DNA of 64,000 bases from assembly GCF_036321535.1 (NCBI RefSeq), contig NC_087439.1, forward strand, positions 81,964,001-82,028,000, in the 5' to 3' direction. The stretch comes from Camelus dromedarius. Taxonomy: Eukaryota. Below, in pieces: positions 45,260 through 57,400 of the stretch; position 1 is the stretch's first letter, and each line of letters opens with the position of its first letter. Made by a program: the position numbers and the translations under genes. The notes under the pieces are model-generated. The model ran no database searches and was not told the DNA's origin. It saw only the letters and a list, made by a program, of their open reading frames with translations.

Positions 45260-45887
45260 GCTGGATGTCCTGGACCCAGAGTCGCTGCACAGTTCCAACA
45301 GGACAGCGCCCAACCCTGTGTACTGGGAGGGGACCCTCCATTCCTCTCCCTCACCCGTGCTGAGCGTAGAGCCGGGCCTGGGTGGTGGGTGGGGGGCCGG
45401 GTGGGAGGTAGTCTTAGCCTGTAAACGCTTCCCTGGGTGTTTGGTGCTGTCGCTTAGGGACTACAAGTCCCAGAATGCAACGCACCCTGCCTCCTATCTG
45501 ATAGATCCTGCTTGGGGGAAGTGGTATGTGGTTACAGAGCTGTGCATCTTGGGACGTGTAGTTCCTGCCCTGGTCAGCCTCTCACTCACTGTGAGATGGG
45601 GAGATCTTGTCATTTGATTTGTCCCTGGCAGGGGTGGCAAGAATGTGGATGAAGGGGTAATGGTCCGAGCTTTGCTTCCCTGACACCTCTTGCTAGTGCC
45701 GGGGTTAGAGTGTACAAATCAAGGCCCTGCAGCATCTGGGAGAGGCTCTTCCTGTGGGCAGTCCTGTGGTCCAAGATTGAGCCAGGCAGATCAACTAAGC
45801 CGGGTGTGGTCTCAGAAGGCTAGTGGGTATGGGCTGGCAGAGATCTTGGAAGGGAAGGCTTCCCTAGCCCTCCAGTGTTTGTGTGTC

Positions 45888-45929
45888 TGTGTGTGTGTGT
45901 GTGTGTACGCACGCGCACGCGCGTGTGTG
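45888..45929. repeat. (TG)n microsatellite continuing into a CA/CG alternating tract
   Basis: 42 nt of uninterrupted pyrimidine-purine alternation. Confidence 0.9.
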
Positions 45930-46182
45930 GCTGGAACTAGCGTGTGATGGGTGCTCCAGGCATGTTGCTGCTTGTATGGCTTCTTTGGCCTCTGACCCTG
46001 CTGCCTATTCTTTCTCTCCAACACCACAGAAGCTGCCTCTCCTCCTCCCTGCGTGGGGAGCCTGGTGGCCAGGGAGGGGAGTGGTGGAGCCAGGGTGTTG
46101 CCAGCCTCAGTGTCGTTGAGTCCCAGAGACCTCTCAAAGCCAGCTGGGCTGAGCTCAGACCAAGAGGGAAACACTGGAAGTC

Positions 46183-46188
46183 AATAAA
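46183..46188 (+). terminator. DNAJB2 polyadenylation signal AATAAA
   Basis: Canonical hexamer about 920 nt after the short-isoform stop, followed by GT-rich sequence. Confidence 0.7.
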
Positions 46189-47182
46189 GCTGAATTTTGA
46201 AAGCTGGGCGGTGTGCCATGTTCCTGTGTTCTTCCTTTCCAGGGTGGTCCAGGAGGGACCCCAAGGGACCAGTGGGTGACACACCTCCCTTTACTGCCCA
46301 GACATCCAAAGGTTGCAAGCCTTCCCAGCTGACAGCAGACCAAGCGGTCCTCCCTCAGTATGTCCCTCAAAATGCTCATGTTCTTTTGCCCTCACCTCCT
46401 GGGCCCCACAGCTGGCTTTCTTCAGGCGGCTGTTGTTCCCCTTATGCAGGGACCCACCACCCAGTACTCTGCAGCACAGCTTGGACCAGGCTGAGTTACG
46501 ACTTGACTGAAAGCATCGGGACAACAAAAAGCTGGGAACACATAGTGAAAACCTATAAAAACCTCCCAAGGCCTGAAGACTCAGCCCTTTCACAAGTTTC
46601 CTTCGCTTAAGGCAGTGGCCAGTGTCAGAGGCCTGCCTCTCCCACATGGAGTCATACCTGTCTGCCCTACACAGGGTCCAGGCTCCAAACTCATCAAGGC
46701 CCAGGGAGAGGCAGCCAGGTACCTCCCCGTCTTCTCTCTCCAGACCCCCGCAGAGATGGCCTCCCAGCCATGGACAGGCATGTTTCCATGGTCGAGCAGG
46801 GCAGGTGGCTCCCTGCCGACTCTCTCTTGCAATCTGGCACTGGCCTTCAGAACCGCCAAAGAACCTAATATTGTATTTTTCTCAAAGCAGCATGCCCTGA
46901 AGGAGGAATTTCCAGCCTCTATCTTGAGAGAATCTGCTGGAAGTTTGTAAAATGGCTGTTCGGCCCACTTCTGGCCTCTGAGATGACAGCATTGGTGCTG
47001 AGCATCTGCAGAGCACAGGTGAGGCTTGGAGGCCTGAAGCCTGCTCACTGGTCCTTTGGCTCCCCGCACAGGACAGGTGGTACTTGCCCATTTTTCATGT
47101 GAGGGGACTGAGCCTTGGCAAGGTTAAGTGGTCCTAACCCCCAAGTAGCTCCAGGCCTAAGACTCCTTCTGCCTCATTTCTC

Positions 47183-47255
47183 CATCTACCACCTTTGTCC
47201 AAGGATACCTCCTGCCTCGAAGATGAGAGCTCCTTTAGGGCCATACAGGGTGGAG
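47183..47255 (+). pseudogene. Degenerate partial copy of the DNAJB2 exon 7 / intron 7 junction
   Basis: 23-nt exact match to 42798-42820, followed by colinear blocks matching 42839-42871. Confidence 0.7.
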
Positions 47256-47894
47256 AGTTCTAGGGGATGGGAGAGAAAGGAAGACAGTGCCCCTTGCCCC
47301 CAGGTGAATGACTGTAGTGACATCTCACAGGCTTGGTCTGTGAGTCTTTATCAGAGTTTAGCTACTTTTGCTTACGATGTGGCAGGCACTTTGCCTGCAT
47401 CACCTCCTTCAGTCTTAACCTCAGTCCTGCACCACGTTCCTGAGGCCCAAGGACACAAAGCAGCTGCGAAAGAACTGACAGGCAGGGTGGTCAAGAGGTT
47501 AAGCATACCTGAGTTCGAATCCTAACTCCAACACTTACTAGTCGTACTGGTGGTATCTCAGGCAAGTTCTGTGCTGCAGTCTGTAAAATGGGGTTAATAA
47601 CTAACTGGTAGCATCGTCATGAAAATTAAACAAGTTCATGTCTGTAGAACACCCTGGAGACTGCCAGACACACAGGGAGCACAGCATAAAAAGCTACTGC
47701 CTAATTGTTATTAGCTACCATTCTAACCTTGGAGAGCCTGAGTCCGCAGCCTGGCTCTCCGATCACCCTCTCTGCATCTCCTGAGAAATGCAGCAGGGCC
47801 CGGCTCCGGACCGAGCCCAGGGCTGGAGTCTGGAAGCAGAGCAGACAGAACTGCATAGGAGTCTGAGTTGCAGCTGCACACACGACACACTAAC

Positions 47895-47900
47895 TTTATT
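47895..47900 (-). terminator. PTPRN polyadenylation signal AATAAA
   Basis: tttatt on +, about 535 nt after the PTPRN stop. Confidence 0.7.
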
Positions 47901-48435
47901 CACATTGATACAAAAGTAGATTTTTCTAGAAATGTTCTCTTGTGCCAGAGGGGGAGAGTTGAGTGGCATGTGGTGGAAGGGTGGGGTGGGGAGGAAGGGA
48001 CAGGAAGGGTAGGGGCCAGAGTGTGGGTTGGGGAAGCAGGACAGCGGGGGCTGGGAAAGCAGGAAGAGCGGGGCATAGAGCCCCCCTGCCCTGTTCCATC
48101 CACACTGGAGGATGGGGGCTGTCCACAGACATATTCGGAGCATCCAGAGTGGTGGGAAATGGGGGCCAGGGAACTCAGGCAGGAGGAGGCTCTGGGTGGA
48201 ATTGCTGCCCATGACTTTCCTCTCCTCCTGGCCGGCTGCCAGCTCCCCCATGCCAGAAGCTGGGCAAGTCTGCCCCTTCCTGCTTCCCCTTCCTTACACA
48301 CTCCTCTTGGAAGAACTGGACATGCCCAAGAGGGACCGAGGTGAGGGGTAGGGAGAGGAGTGAGTACATAGACAGATGCTCACACAGGCAAAGAGGGGGC
48401 AGAGGCTGGCTGCCCGGCGAGGGGCTCCAGGGGTC

Positions 48436-51400
48436 TCACTGGGGCAGGGCCTTGAGGATGGCATTCACCTCCTCCGCCACAGCTGTCAGAGCAAATTCAA
48501 ACTGGTCCTGGGGAGGGGCAGGGGGAAGAGGGTCACGGGGAGGCCTGGCCTCTGCTCCTGCCCCAGGGAGGCTTTTGGGAGGCCACTTGCAGGATGGGGG
48601 AGCCCTGCTGGGGGAGGTATGGAGGCAGGCAGGAGAGGCAGGCTGCTGCTGGGTTCCCTGGGGAAGTGTGGTGGCTGGGGTGGGGACAGGGAGGAACAGT
48701 CACCTTAGAACGGACAAGGCCAGGCCGTTGGTCGCGGACGTGCTCCAGGGTGGCAGCGATGTCAATCTCCTTTACTCCTGGGGTGGGGGGTGGGGCACAG
48801 GGCTGCTCAAAGGGTGTCCAGAGGAGGGTAGAACCCGGAAAGCCTTGGGGATCCTGGGGTGGGAGGCTTGGAGGATTGGACAACACCTGGCGGTGTGACA
48901 ACCTGCCCTCCATGAACTCTTGTGACCCCGAGGGCTGGGGAGACTTTAATCGGGGGCTGGGCTCCAGGCACAGTGGGGTAGTTCCTCACCTTTCGCCATG
49001 CGGTTCAGTACCATGTCAATGAGGATGTAGGTGCCAGTCCTCCCCGCACCATCACTGAAACAGACGGGGACAGGCTGAGCTTGGGACCCAGCAGAAAGGA
49101 GGGGGGGTGGAGGAGACATGGAGGCTTGGGGTTGGGGGGACACTGGCAGAGCCTTTAGGATTAGCCTAGGGGTGGGGCATGAGTGAGCCGAGGATGAAGG
49201 AACCATCATAGCTCCTGGGTCCTGGGAATTGGGCCTCAAGTGGGGAGCCTGTGACCCATGGGGTGTCTCTTGGGCAGTAGCCAACCGTAAAGGAGAGCCC
49301 TGGGTCCACCCAGAGGGGGAGGCAGCAGGAGAGAATAGGAATAGCTTTTTCCAACCTCTGGCCAGGCTTTTATTCAGCAAACTTTTTATGTAAATGGCAA
49401 GATGGGAAATATTTTCACATATAGTCTCTGTCACACGTTGCTTTTTCTTCAACTATTTAAAAATGTAAACATCATTCTTAGCTCATGGACCATTAAAAAA
49501 ACAAAAACCACATGGTGTGCTGAATTTGGCCCATGGGCTGTAGTTTGCTGGCATCAAGGGGACAGGCAGGCAGTGTGCATGGGAGATGCGCACAGGCAGT
49601 AGGACCAGAAAGCGGGCGGGTAGCAGAAATGCCCCACCTCAGGACCCCCTGGCCTGAGCTGTCCTGTCACCTCCATCCCCACCCCAGCCCCCAGCCCCTC
49701 TGCACGCACCTGCAGTGCACAATGATGGGGCAGGAGCGGCCCCGGTAGCACTTGTTCACTTTCCTGCAACAAGAAATGGGTATGAGGCCAGGGATCACCA
49801 GGAGAGGGAAAGGGGAACTGAAACGCACACCTGTGGGCCTTTCTTTCTTCCTTTTCTCCCCACATGCCCAGGGCAGAGGAAGGAAGAGGGCTGGAGAGAG
49901 GAGTCAGGGCTGGAGGCAAAGAACCAGAGATGGTAGGGGTGGCATTGGGCTGGCCTTGTCACTTATGAGCTATGTGCCCAAACTGTGCACCTGGAACAAA
50001 TGATTTAACCTCTTTGAGCCTCAGTTTTCCTACCTGTAAAATGGGGATGATAAGAATAGTAATCTCCTTCTTAGGGTTCTTACTGTGATTCCATGAGATA
50101 ATCCATTTAAAGAACTTGTGAAAGATCTGGCATACAGTAGATGCTCATTAACAGTAGTACTATTAAGAACACATAATAATATTAACAGCCACCTCTGCCA
50201 AAAGTCCAGGGAGGATAGGCTTTCTGGTGACTTCAAGGGTGTCAGTCTTGCCACATCCATGCTCTGCCCCTACAGCTCCTCAAGCCATTCCTCTTGCCAC
50301 TCAGGCTCCTGACCAGCAGTGAGGTCAGGCAGCCCCAGCACAACTTTCCTCCGGCCAAGGAAGGACAACCCCTCAGCTTTGAATAGTATACTGCTGCTGT
50401 CTCCCTGGGTAAGTCTTACCTCAGCACAGGTGCTCTGTGGCTGGGTCATACTCAGACTTGGGTTCCACCTGGACCTCAGACTTTGCTGCCCTGACCACAG
50501 ATCAGCAAGGAGCACGGGGCTTCTCCCCCTCTCAGTGACCCAGTCTAATCTGCCCTTTGTGCCTTATGATGTTCCTGCTTTGAGAGGCACTTGCAGAATC
50601 CTGATACCCTGCAATGGGCAAGGATGAGGGAGGACCATCTTAGGGGTTATTAGAGTGTTTCAGGGGAAACTTGTAACTTGGTGGTCCTCCGGTCTGGTTC
50701 CCCCAGACCTGCAGGGGCCAGGTGACTCTGAATGGTTTTACAGACCACATGATTTTTCTAGCACATTGGCTAGTATATCAGGGCTGGAGTTGAATAGAAG
50801 TCACACGGTAGTTCCCAATCATTTAATAATAATAATAATGATAAACAGTATTTAGAATTAATAGAGCCCTTGCTATGTGCTTAAACTAGATTTTATAGAC
50901 TTTATCCTATTGGCTTTTGTAACAACCCCCTAAAGTCTCTGGGTCATCATCCTCATTTCACAGGTAAGGAAACAGATGGAAGTCAAGGAACTTGCTCGGA
51001 GTCACTTTTTAGGACATAAAATGTTATTTTGCCTTCTCTTAAGTAGACCTTCACCAAACTGTATTTATTAAGCAGCAATTAATTTTTCTGGGTGTCTAAT
51101 GTCAACTGAGTTTACATAATTTCAGCCTAAAGCAAAGAAATATAACTTTTAGCTTACCTGTGCAGCCTGAAAACAGGTCCATGCACTACTTCTATAAGGA
51201 TTTTTTTAATGTGGAGAACAAAAAATAGCTATGATACCCCTGGTGTTACTTTTGAGAAGCCTGTGCCTCAGGCCCCAGGGACCCCTGTTTGATACCATTG
51301 TCCTGAGGCTCAGAAACTATCCCCAGGTCCCCCCCAGCTCTGCTTCTCTGCTCTCTCCCCAGCGCCTAGAGACCTCAGGCCAGCTTGGCAAGGAGCAGAG

Positions 51401-54400
51401 AAGCAGCAGAAGGCCACAATGTGGGGGAGGCCCCGGCTTGTGGCAGCAGGCTTCTCAGCCACCTGTCTGGGGAGGGGGAAGGCAGAGATGCCAGAGGCCT
51501 GATGCCAGAGGCCTGGCCTGGTCCTGTTTCAGTGTTAGGATAAGGTACGTCCCTTAGTTAACTTCCTGTCTCAGCCCCCACCTAGTTCCACTGAGTCCCC
51601 AAGAAACCAGAGATCCTCCCACACTCCCTTTGATAGTATTTGTCCCTTCCCTGAGTCCCCCCAGCTCCCAGCAATCCCAGCAGCCTTGAGGGTGGTCCCT
51701 GGGCCCACACGTCCTCATTGTCCCNNNNNNNNNNNNNNNNNNNNNNNNNNNNNNNNNNNNNNNNNNNNNNNNNNNNNNNNNNNNNNNNNNNNNNNNNNNN
51801 NNNNNNNNNNNNNNNNNNNNNNNNNNNNNNNNNNNNNNNNNNNNNNNNNNNNNNNNNNNNNNNNNNNNNNNNGAGGGGGAGACAGAGACATGCAGAGAGA
51901 CAGAGTGGGAGACAGAGACAAGGAGAAGCAGAAGGAAACAGGCAGAGATGGGAGGGAGGTGGAGAGAAAGGAAGCAGGAGCTGGAACAGGGAGAGGTGCA
52001 GAGAAGGGGAGATGTGGATGGAGGGGAAGAGTGAGATGAGTGATAGAGAAAGAGGTGAGGGGGAGAGGGAGGGTGGGGCAGAGAGAAGAGGGCAGGGAGG
52101 GAAAAAGAAGGAAAGACAGAAGGAGAGAAATAAAAAAAAGAGGCAAAGAGAGAGGGCTAAAGAAGGGGAGATGACAGGAGGGAGTGAGAGATGGTGAGGG
52201 GACAGCAGACACAGAGACTGCTGGAGGCCTGGGAGCACAAGACAGGAGGAAACAGACAGGAGGGGCCAAGTAGCAGGAGAGAAGGAGTGAGGGAGGGAGC
52301 TAGAAGTCAAGTGAGCACTTCTTGGAGGGAAGGAGGTTATGAAGAAAGCTGGACCTGGAGAGGCAGGGAGAAAAAGAGGGCAAGAGAGAGGAAGGAGACA
52401 GCAGGCCAGCAGAGACAGAGCAGAAATGGAGCTGGACCACATTGGCAGAGGGATGGGCACAGCAAGACAGAGCGTCAGTCCTGGTTTGGGTGGGCAGCGG
52501 TATCTGGAAGGTTCCGCTAGGAGGTCAGAGCCAATCCTGGTTTGGGGGCATCTGGAAGGGGCACCGGATGATCAGAGGCCAAGGCTCCAGGACAGGCTAA
52601 AGGGCCCGCCTCACATGACCCGGGGCCCCAGGAGGAGATGATGGGCTGAGGGATCGTGGCACAGCCCAGCTCCCGGCCCGCTACTCCTGTGCTGCTCTCT
52701 CCCTGGCTCCTCGAGCCTCCTTTGGGGCCGCCCACCCCCCAGGCGGCGCCAGGCCGTTGCCCTCCACCTCTTTGCAGGCGCCCAGGGTGCTCACCTGCGG
52801 AAGTCCAGGAGGGGCCGGGTGGAGGCCGGGGTGCCCTCTGCCGGCCAGCTGAGGAAGTGGAACTGCGTGAGCGTGCGCGTCTCCTGGGTCTGCACGTTCT
52901 TCAGGTAGAAGCTCCGCACCAGGAAGTCCTCGCACCAGATGTGCTCTGACACCAAGTTTACCTGCGAAACAAGGGGCACGGGCCTGAGCGAGGCCGGGCC
53001 TCCGCGTCTGCGTGCACGCTCCTCCGCCTCTCCAAATCCTCCCAGCCTCCCGGGCCAAATTCTCAGTCCTCCAGGAGGCTTACCCAACAGCCTGCCCCAC
53101 TCTCCCAGCTGTCCCCAAGAACCCTAGCTGTCTGTGTCGACTGCTCAGGACAATTGGTGGCTTTTCCATCTAGATACAACTATTGTAAGCCTTTTTCTTG
53201 CTTGCTTGCTTGCTTGCTTCTTGAAGTTGGAGTTTCTCCTTCCTCTTCTGCACAGAGTCTAGCAAAGTGTCTGTGCTATATATACCATAAACTTTGGTAA
53301 AATTCTGTAATTTATTTGATTCCTTTAACCACAAGCAAGACCAATTTTTAAAACTTCAAAAAAAAAAAAAAGACTGTTGAGTGCTCATCTGATGGTGAAA
53401 AACAGCCATCCAGTGCTCATCTGGTGATGAGAAGCTTCTGTTGTGCTCTTGTCTCTTGTTTTACAGTGGGGGTCACCTCCCATTTGTCAGGAATGTTGTT
53501 CCTTCCCCTGCTTTGCGTCTGCGCAGTTCTCCCCTACCTATCTTCTCTCCTAATGAAACAGTTTGTTTCTTTTACCTAAGCAACATATGTGACTGATGGC
53601 ATTTCTTTCTTTGCTTTGGCCTCCAGGAAACTCAGGTCTCAGTTAGGCTCAATAAAAGTAGGACTCAGTCTTGGTCTTTGAGTATCCTTATCTTCCCAGT
53701 CTCATCTACTGTACTCTTGACTCTTGGCTTCTTACCTCAGTTTCGATGGTTTTACAGTTTCACAAATGAATCTTTCATCATAGATTAGGTCCCTACAAAT
53801 GCTTTTTGGCCCGACTGGGCACACACACATATATATGCATGCATGTATGTGAATATACATGTGGGCTCACATGCATGTTTATATACACATATATTCACAC
53901 ATGTATGAGTGGTGCACCATCCACCTTTCCCACTCCCATTGTCTCCTGGCTGTGGGGTCTTGCTGACCTCATACACATGGTAGAGAGAGGAGCCTTCATC
54001 TGGCCAATAGCGGTCACACTGCTTGACACCATCCTCCACCAGCGGAGTCAGCATGACGATGACAGTGCAGCCACTCTCCCACACCATCTAGGGACAGAGA
54101 CCCAGGTAAGCTCCATTTTAACCTTCCCAGGACCTGGCTGTTCCTGGCTATCTAGAAGAGACCCTGGTCCCTGGAGAAGGCCTCCTCCAAAAGCCCACCT
54201 GCCAGAAGTCTGCGATGGTATGTGACAGCGGGCCCTGTGTGGCTATGTAGGCTGGCATCCGTGGGTCGTGCTCAATCTAGGGGCAGGAAAGACACATCAT
54301 GAGCCAGAATGGGAAATGCTGCTATGGGGAGGCTTGGTCAAAGGGAGTGGGCCAGGGTCTGGCGTAGCCTGAGAACCCCTGTTTTCATGCTAGGATATCA

Positions 54401-57400
54401 GACCCACAGTTCCAGGGCCTCAGGTAGGGTGGTCGTCACCACCAGGAAATGGAGTCTATGGGGGCAGGATGAAAATGGGGAAGAGGCTGGGGGGGTCACT
54501 CACAATGGGGCTAGCATTGATGTAGTCACTCCGAGAAGGGCTGCTTTCCGCCTTCAGCTTGATGCGCGCATGGTCATCTGCACAGACCCCATATCCCATC
54601 CCAGAGGCCCCTCCAGTCATTGGAGTCCTGGCACCTCTGCTGCTCAGCCTGAGCCAGGAGCCCAGCCCCTCCCTCAAGCCCTCCAGGGCTGGGCCAGGTG
54701 GGCCAGAAGGACTCACTCACAGGGCAGGAAGTCAGGGTGGCGGTTCTTTTTGATGTTGCCCTCCCCCTGGGCGGTAGCACAGGTGTTGGGCTCCGCCTGG
54801 TAGGCACACAGGGCCTGCCACTCCTTGGCCAAGCGGTCCCGGTTGCGCAGGTGGTCCTCCATGTATGCCTGCAGGGGCACCGCAGCCTGGCTCTGGCCCC
54901 TACTGCCAGCCCGGCCCCTCCCACCATCCTGTTCTCTCACCCCCTCTGGACCCACACCCTGTCCTGACCAGAATCATGTGTCCTGTGGAGATGTCCATGT
55001 TTGCCTGGGCAGGCTCCTCACACCAGGACGGTGTGCTGCTGTGGGAGCTGGGGCTGGCCTGGGCCGCGTCGCTGAACTGCGAGGACACGCTGCTCACCCG
55101 AGAAGGCTCCGGTGGACCCTCTGCTCGGCTGAACAAGGACTTTGTGGCCATATGCTGGCGGCACAGGTCCTGCAGAGGAAGAATCAGGCAGGGTCCAAGG
55201 TCCCCTGAAGACTTTTCAACAAGAGTCCTGGGCTTAATTCAACAGAGTCCCTAGGCTTGTCCTTGATTGATTTTGAATGAAACATATCTCCTCTGAGGTA
55301 GGGTCTTCTGCCCTGGCTCTCATCTTTTTGGGGGCTGTTCTGCTTGGGTGGTGCCTACATCGACCTCAGATATTACAGAGTAGAATCCTAGACCCCAGAA
55401 TTGTAGCACTGGGAAGAACTATCTGCTTCCAACTCCATCTATTCCAAATGCCCCCACAACCCTCACCATGGCTTCTCCAGCCTCTACCTGGACATTCCCA
55501 GGGATGGGTGCTCACTCCTTTCCAACTCCCAAACCTCATCCCATGTGAGACCCAGATTCCCAAGCCCCTTCCATTCCCTCTTACCAACAAGCTTCTGGGG
55601 CTTCATACCTGGTACTCAAAAGTTGTGTCACCATGGGCCCCCTCGGGTCCCAGAGCGGCCAGGCGCTCCTTGTCCTGCCGTCGCGCATGCTGCCGCATAC
55701 ACAGGGCCACTGCCAGAGCCACAAGCAGCCCGGCCACACCCGCCAGGGCCACCAGAGTAAGCAGCACAGAGCGCATGGGAGAGGTGCTGTGGGCCGGTCG
55801 AGGAAGGACAGCAGCCGCCTCCTCCCTCTGTGGGAACAAGGCTTGAATCAAGGGGGGGGGGGGTAGTGGCAGGGAGAGACTTAGGAGCTGCTCCTTACCC
55901 CTGTTCCACATCACACTCCCTGCTAGGACATCTCCTGGGGCAAAGCTGGGAGGGCATGGCCATGGTCGTACAGGCAGAGGGACTCAGATAGACCCAAGAT
56001 CCTGCTTCTCAGTCCTCACTGGACCACCTCAACCACACTGCACTGCCAGAGACTTAGTGGGTGACCCTCCCTAGGAGTTTTTGTATTTAAAAAATGGATG
56101 TAGAGAAGTACAAAGAGACCCAAAGGATCAAATAGTAGAATGTGAAGCATCAGTGTTGGATGCAGAATAGAAACATATTTTGAGTTTAATGCCCTTCCTG
56201 TGTTAGGTTTTCCCTTGGAATTTGAGGCTTGGCTCTAGAACATCTGCGGAGCCCCCATGGCCATCTTGGGCAGTTCTTCCAAGCAAGGGCTGGTTCTGCA
56301 GGAACCCCTGAGGCCATCTGCTGGTCAGAAAGAAAACTGCATGGGGGAGGGCAGCTTTGGCAAAGCCAGATGTATTTCAGCTCCTGTTCTCCTGTTAAGT
56401 TTGCCTTCATCTCTTGTAGGCAATGTCAGCCCTCTGGGGCTCTGACTGATTCTCCAGTTAGCACATACCTGTCCCACTCCTGTCTGCAAGATCTGGAGCC
56501 CTGTCTGTGCTTCCAGTTCAGACTTCACCAGCCCTGCAAGGAAGACAGAGATAAGATTCTCCCCAGCCACATGTGGTCTCCACCACATGTCATGCTACAC
56601 CAGGTGGCAGGCAGGGCCCATGTGGGCTGGGAATGTTTCAAGGGGAGCATCAGACACAGGTCTGGGTATGTCCTACTAGGGCTGGGGCCAGGAAGTATTT
56701 ACCAGCTTGCTGGGTCACATCAGCCAAAGACAGGTTCTGTTCATTGTGCCGGATGCGGAAGGTAAGGGCTGGTCCCACAACACTGCCGAACAGGAGGTAT
56801 GTTACCACCTGACCCACCACAGACCCCAAATCTAGAGGGTCTGCTCTGGCCCTCTCCCCATTAGAGACCAGGGCTGAAACCAATCAGAGATGCCATACAG
56901 GGATGCTTGAGGCTGGAGAGCTACTGGATTGAGCCAACAGCAGGGGTAGGTGTGGTTGTACCTTCAATGAAGCTGGAAACATCTTTGACCCAACCTTGGT
57001 TCCTTACCCAGAGCTTGTCTTCCCTCCTACCCTGAGCCCCTCCAGCCATCTCCCTCTTCAAGCCGCCTTCTAGACCCCTGCTGCCCCAGCCCACCAGCCC
57101 CACCTGATGTTGATAAAGCTCCCCGAGGACATGTGCACATGCTCAGCCAGGATCTCCAGCAGCTTTACTCCTGCAGCCAGACTCAGGGGCCTGGAGGTGG
57201 GGAGCAGGGAGAGGAAGAAAAGTGATGACCCTCTTGGCCACTTTCTTGAAACAACCTCCAGGAGTGCAGAGCCACCTCCAAGGATGCAGAGCAGCCCACC
57301 CCACCTCCTGTTGGTTCACATCTGGACTTCTGCCCTCTGCTTCCAGCCAGAAAGGCCAGCCCAACCCCCAAAGGACTGGGAGGTTGCCCCAGGCTGGAGC

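Noticed and set aside
51487-51514. 14-bp tandem repeat GATGCCAGAGGCCT x2 (similar short repeats at 17130-17166 and 53380-53433)
   Set aside because: Real but ordinary slippage micro-duplications with no functional context.
51582-52460. 292-aa Leu/Ser/Pro-rich ORF and neighbouring Arg/Glu/Gly-rich ORFs
   Set aside because: Translations of the GA/CT low-complexity tract plus an N-run.
53821-53906. Fold-back (~20-bp imperfect stem) in PTPRN intron 18 as a novel pre-miRNA
   Set aside because: Made of self-complementary TA/CA/TG low-complexity sequence, where such hairpins arise trivially; no miR-153 similarity.
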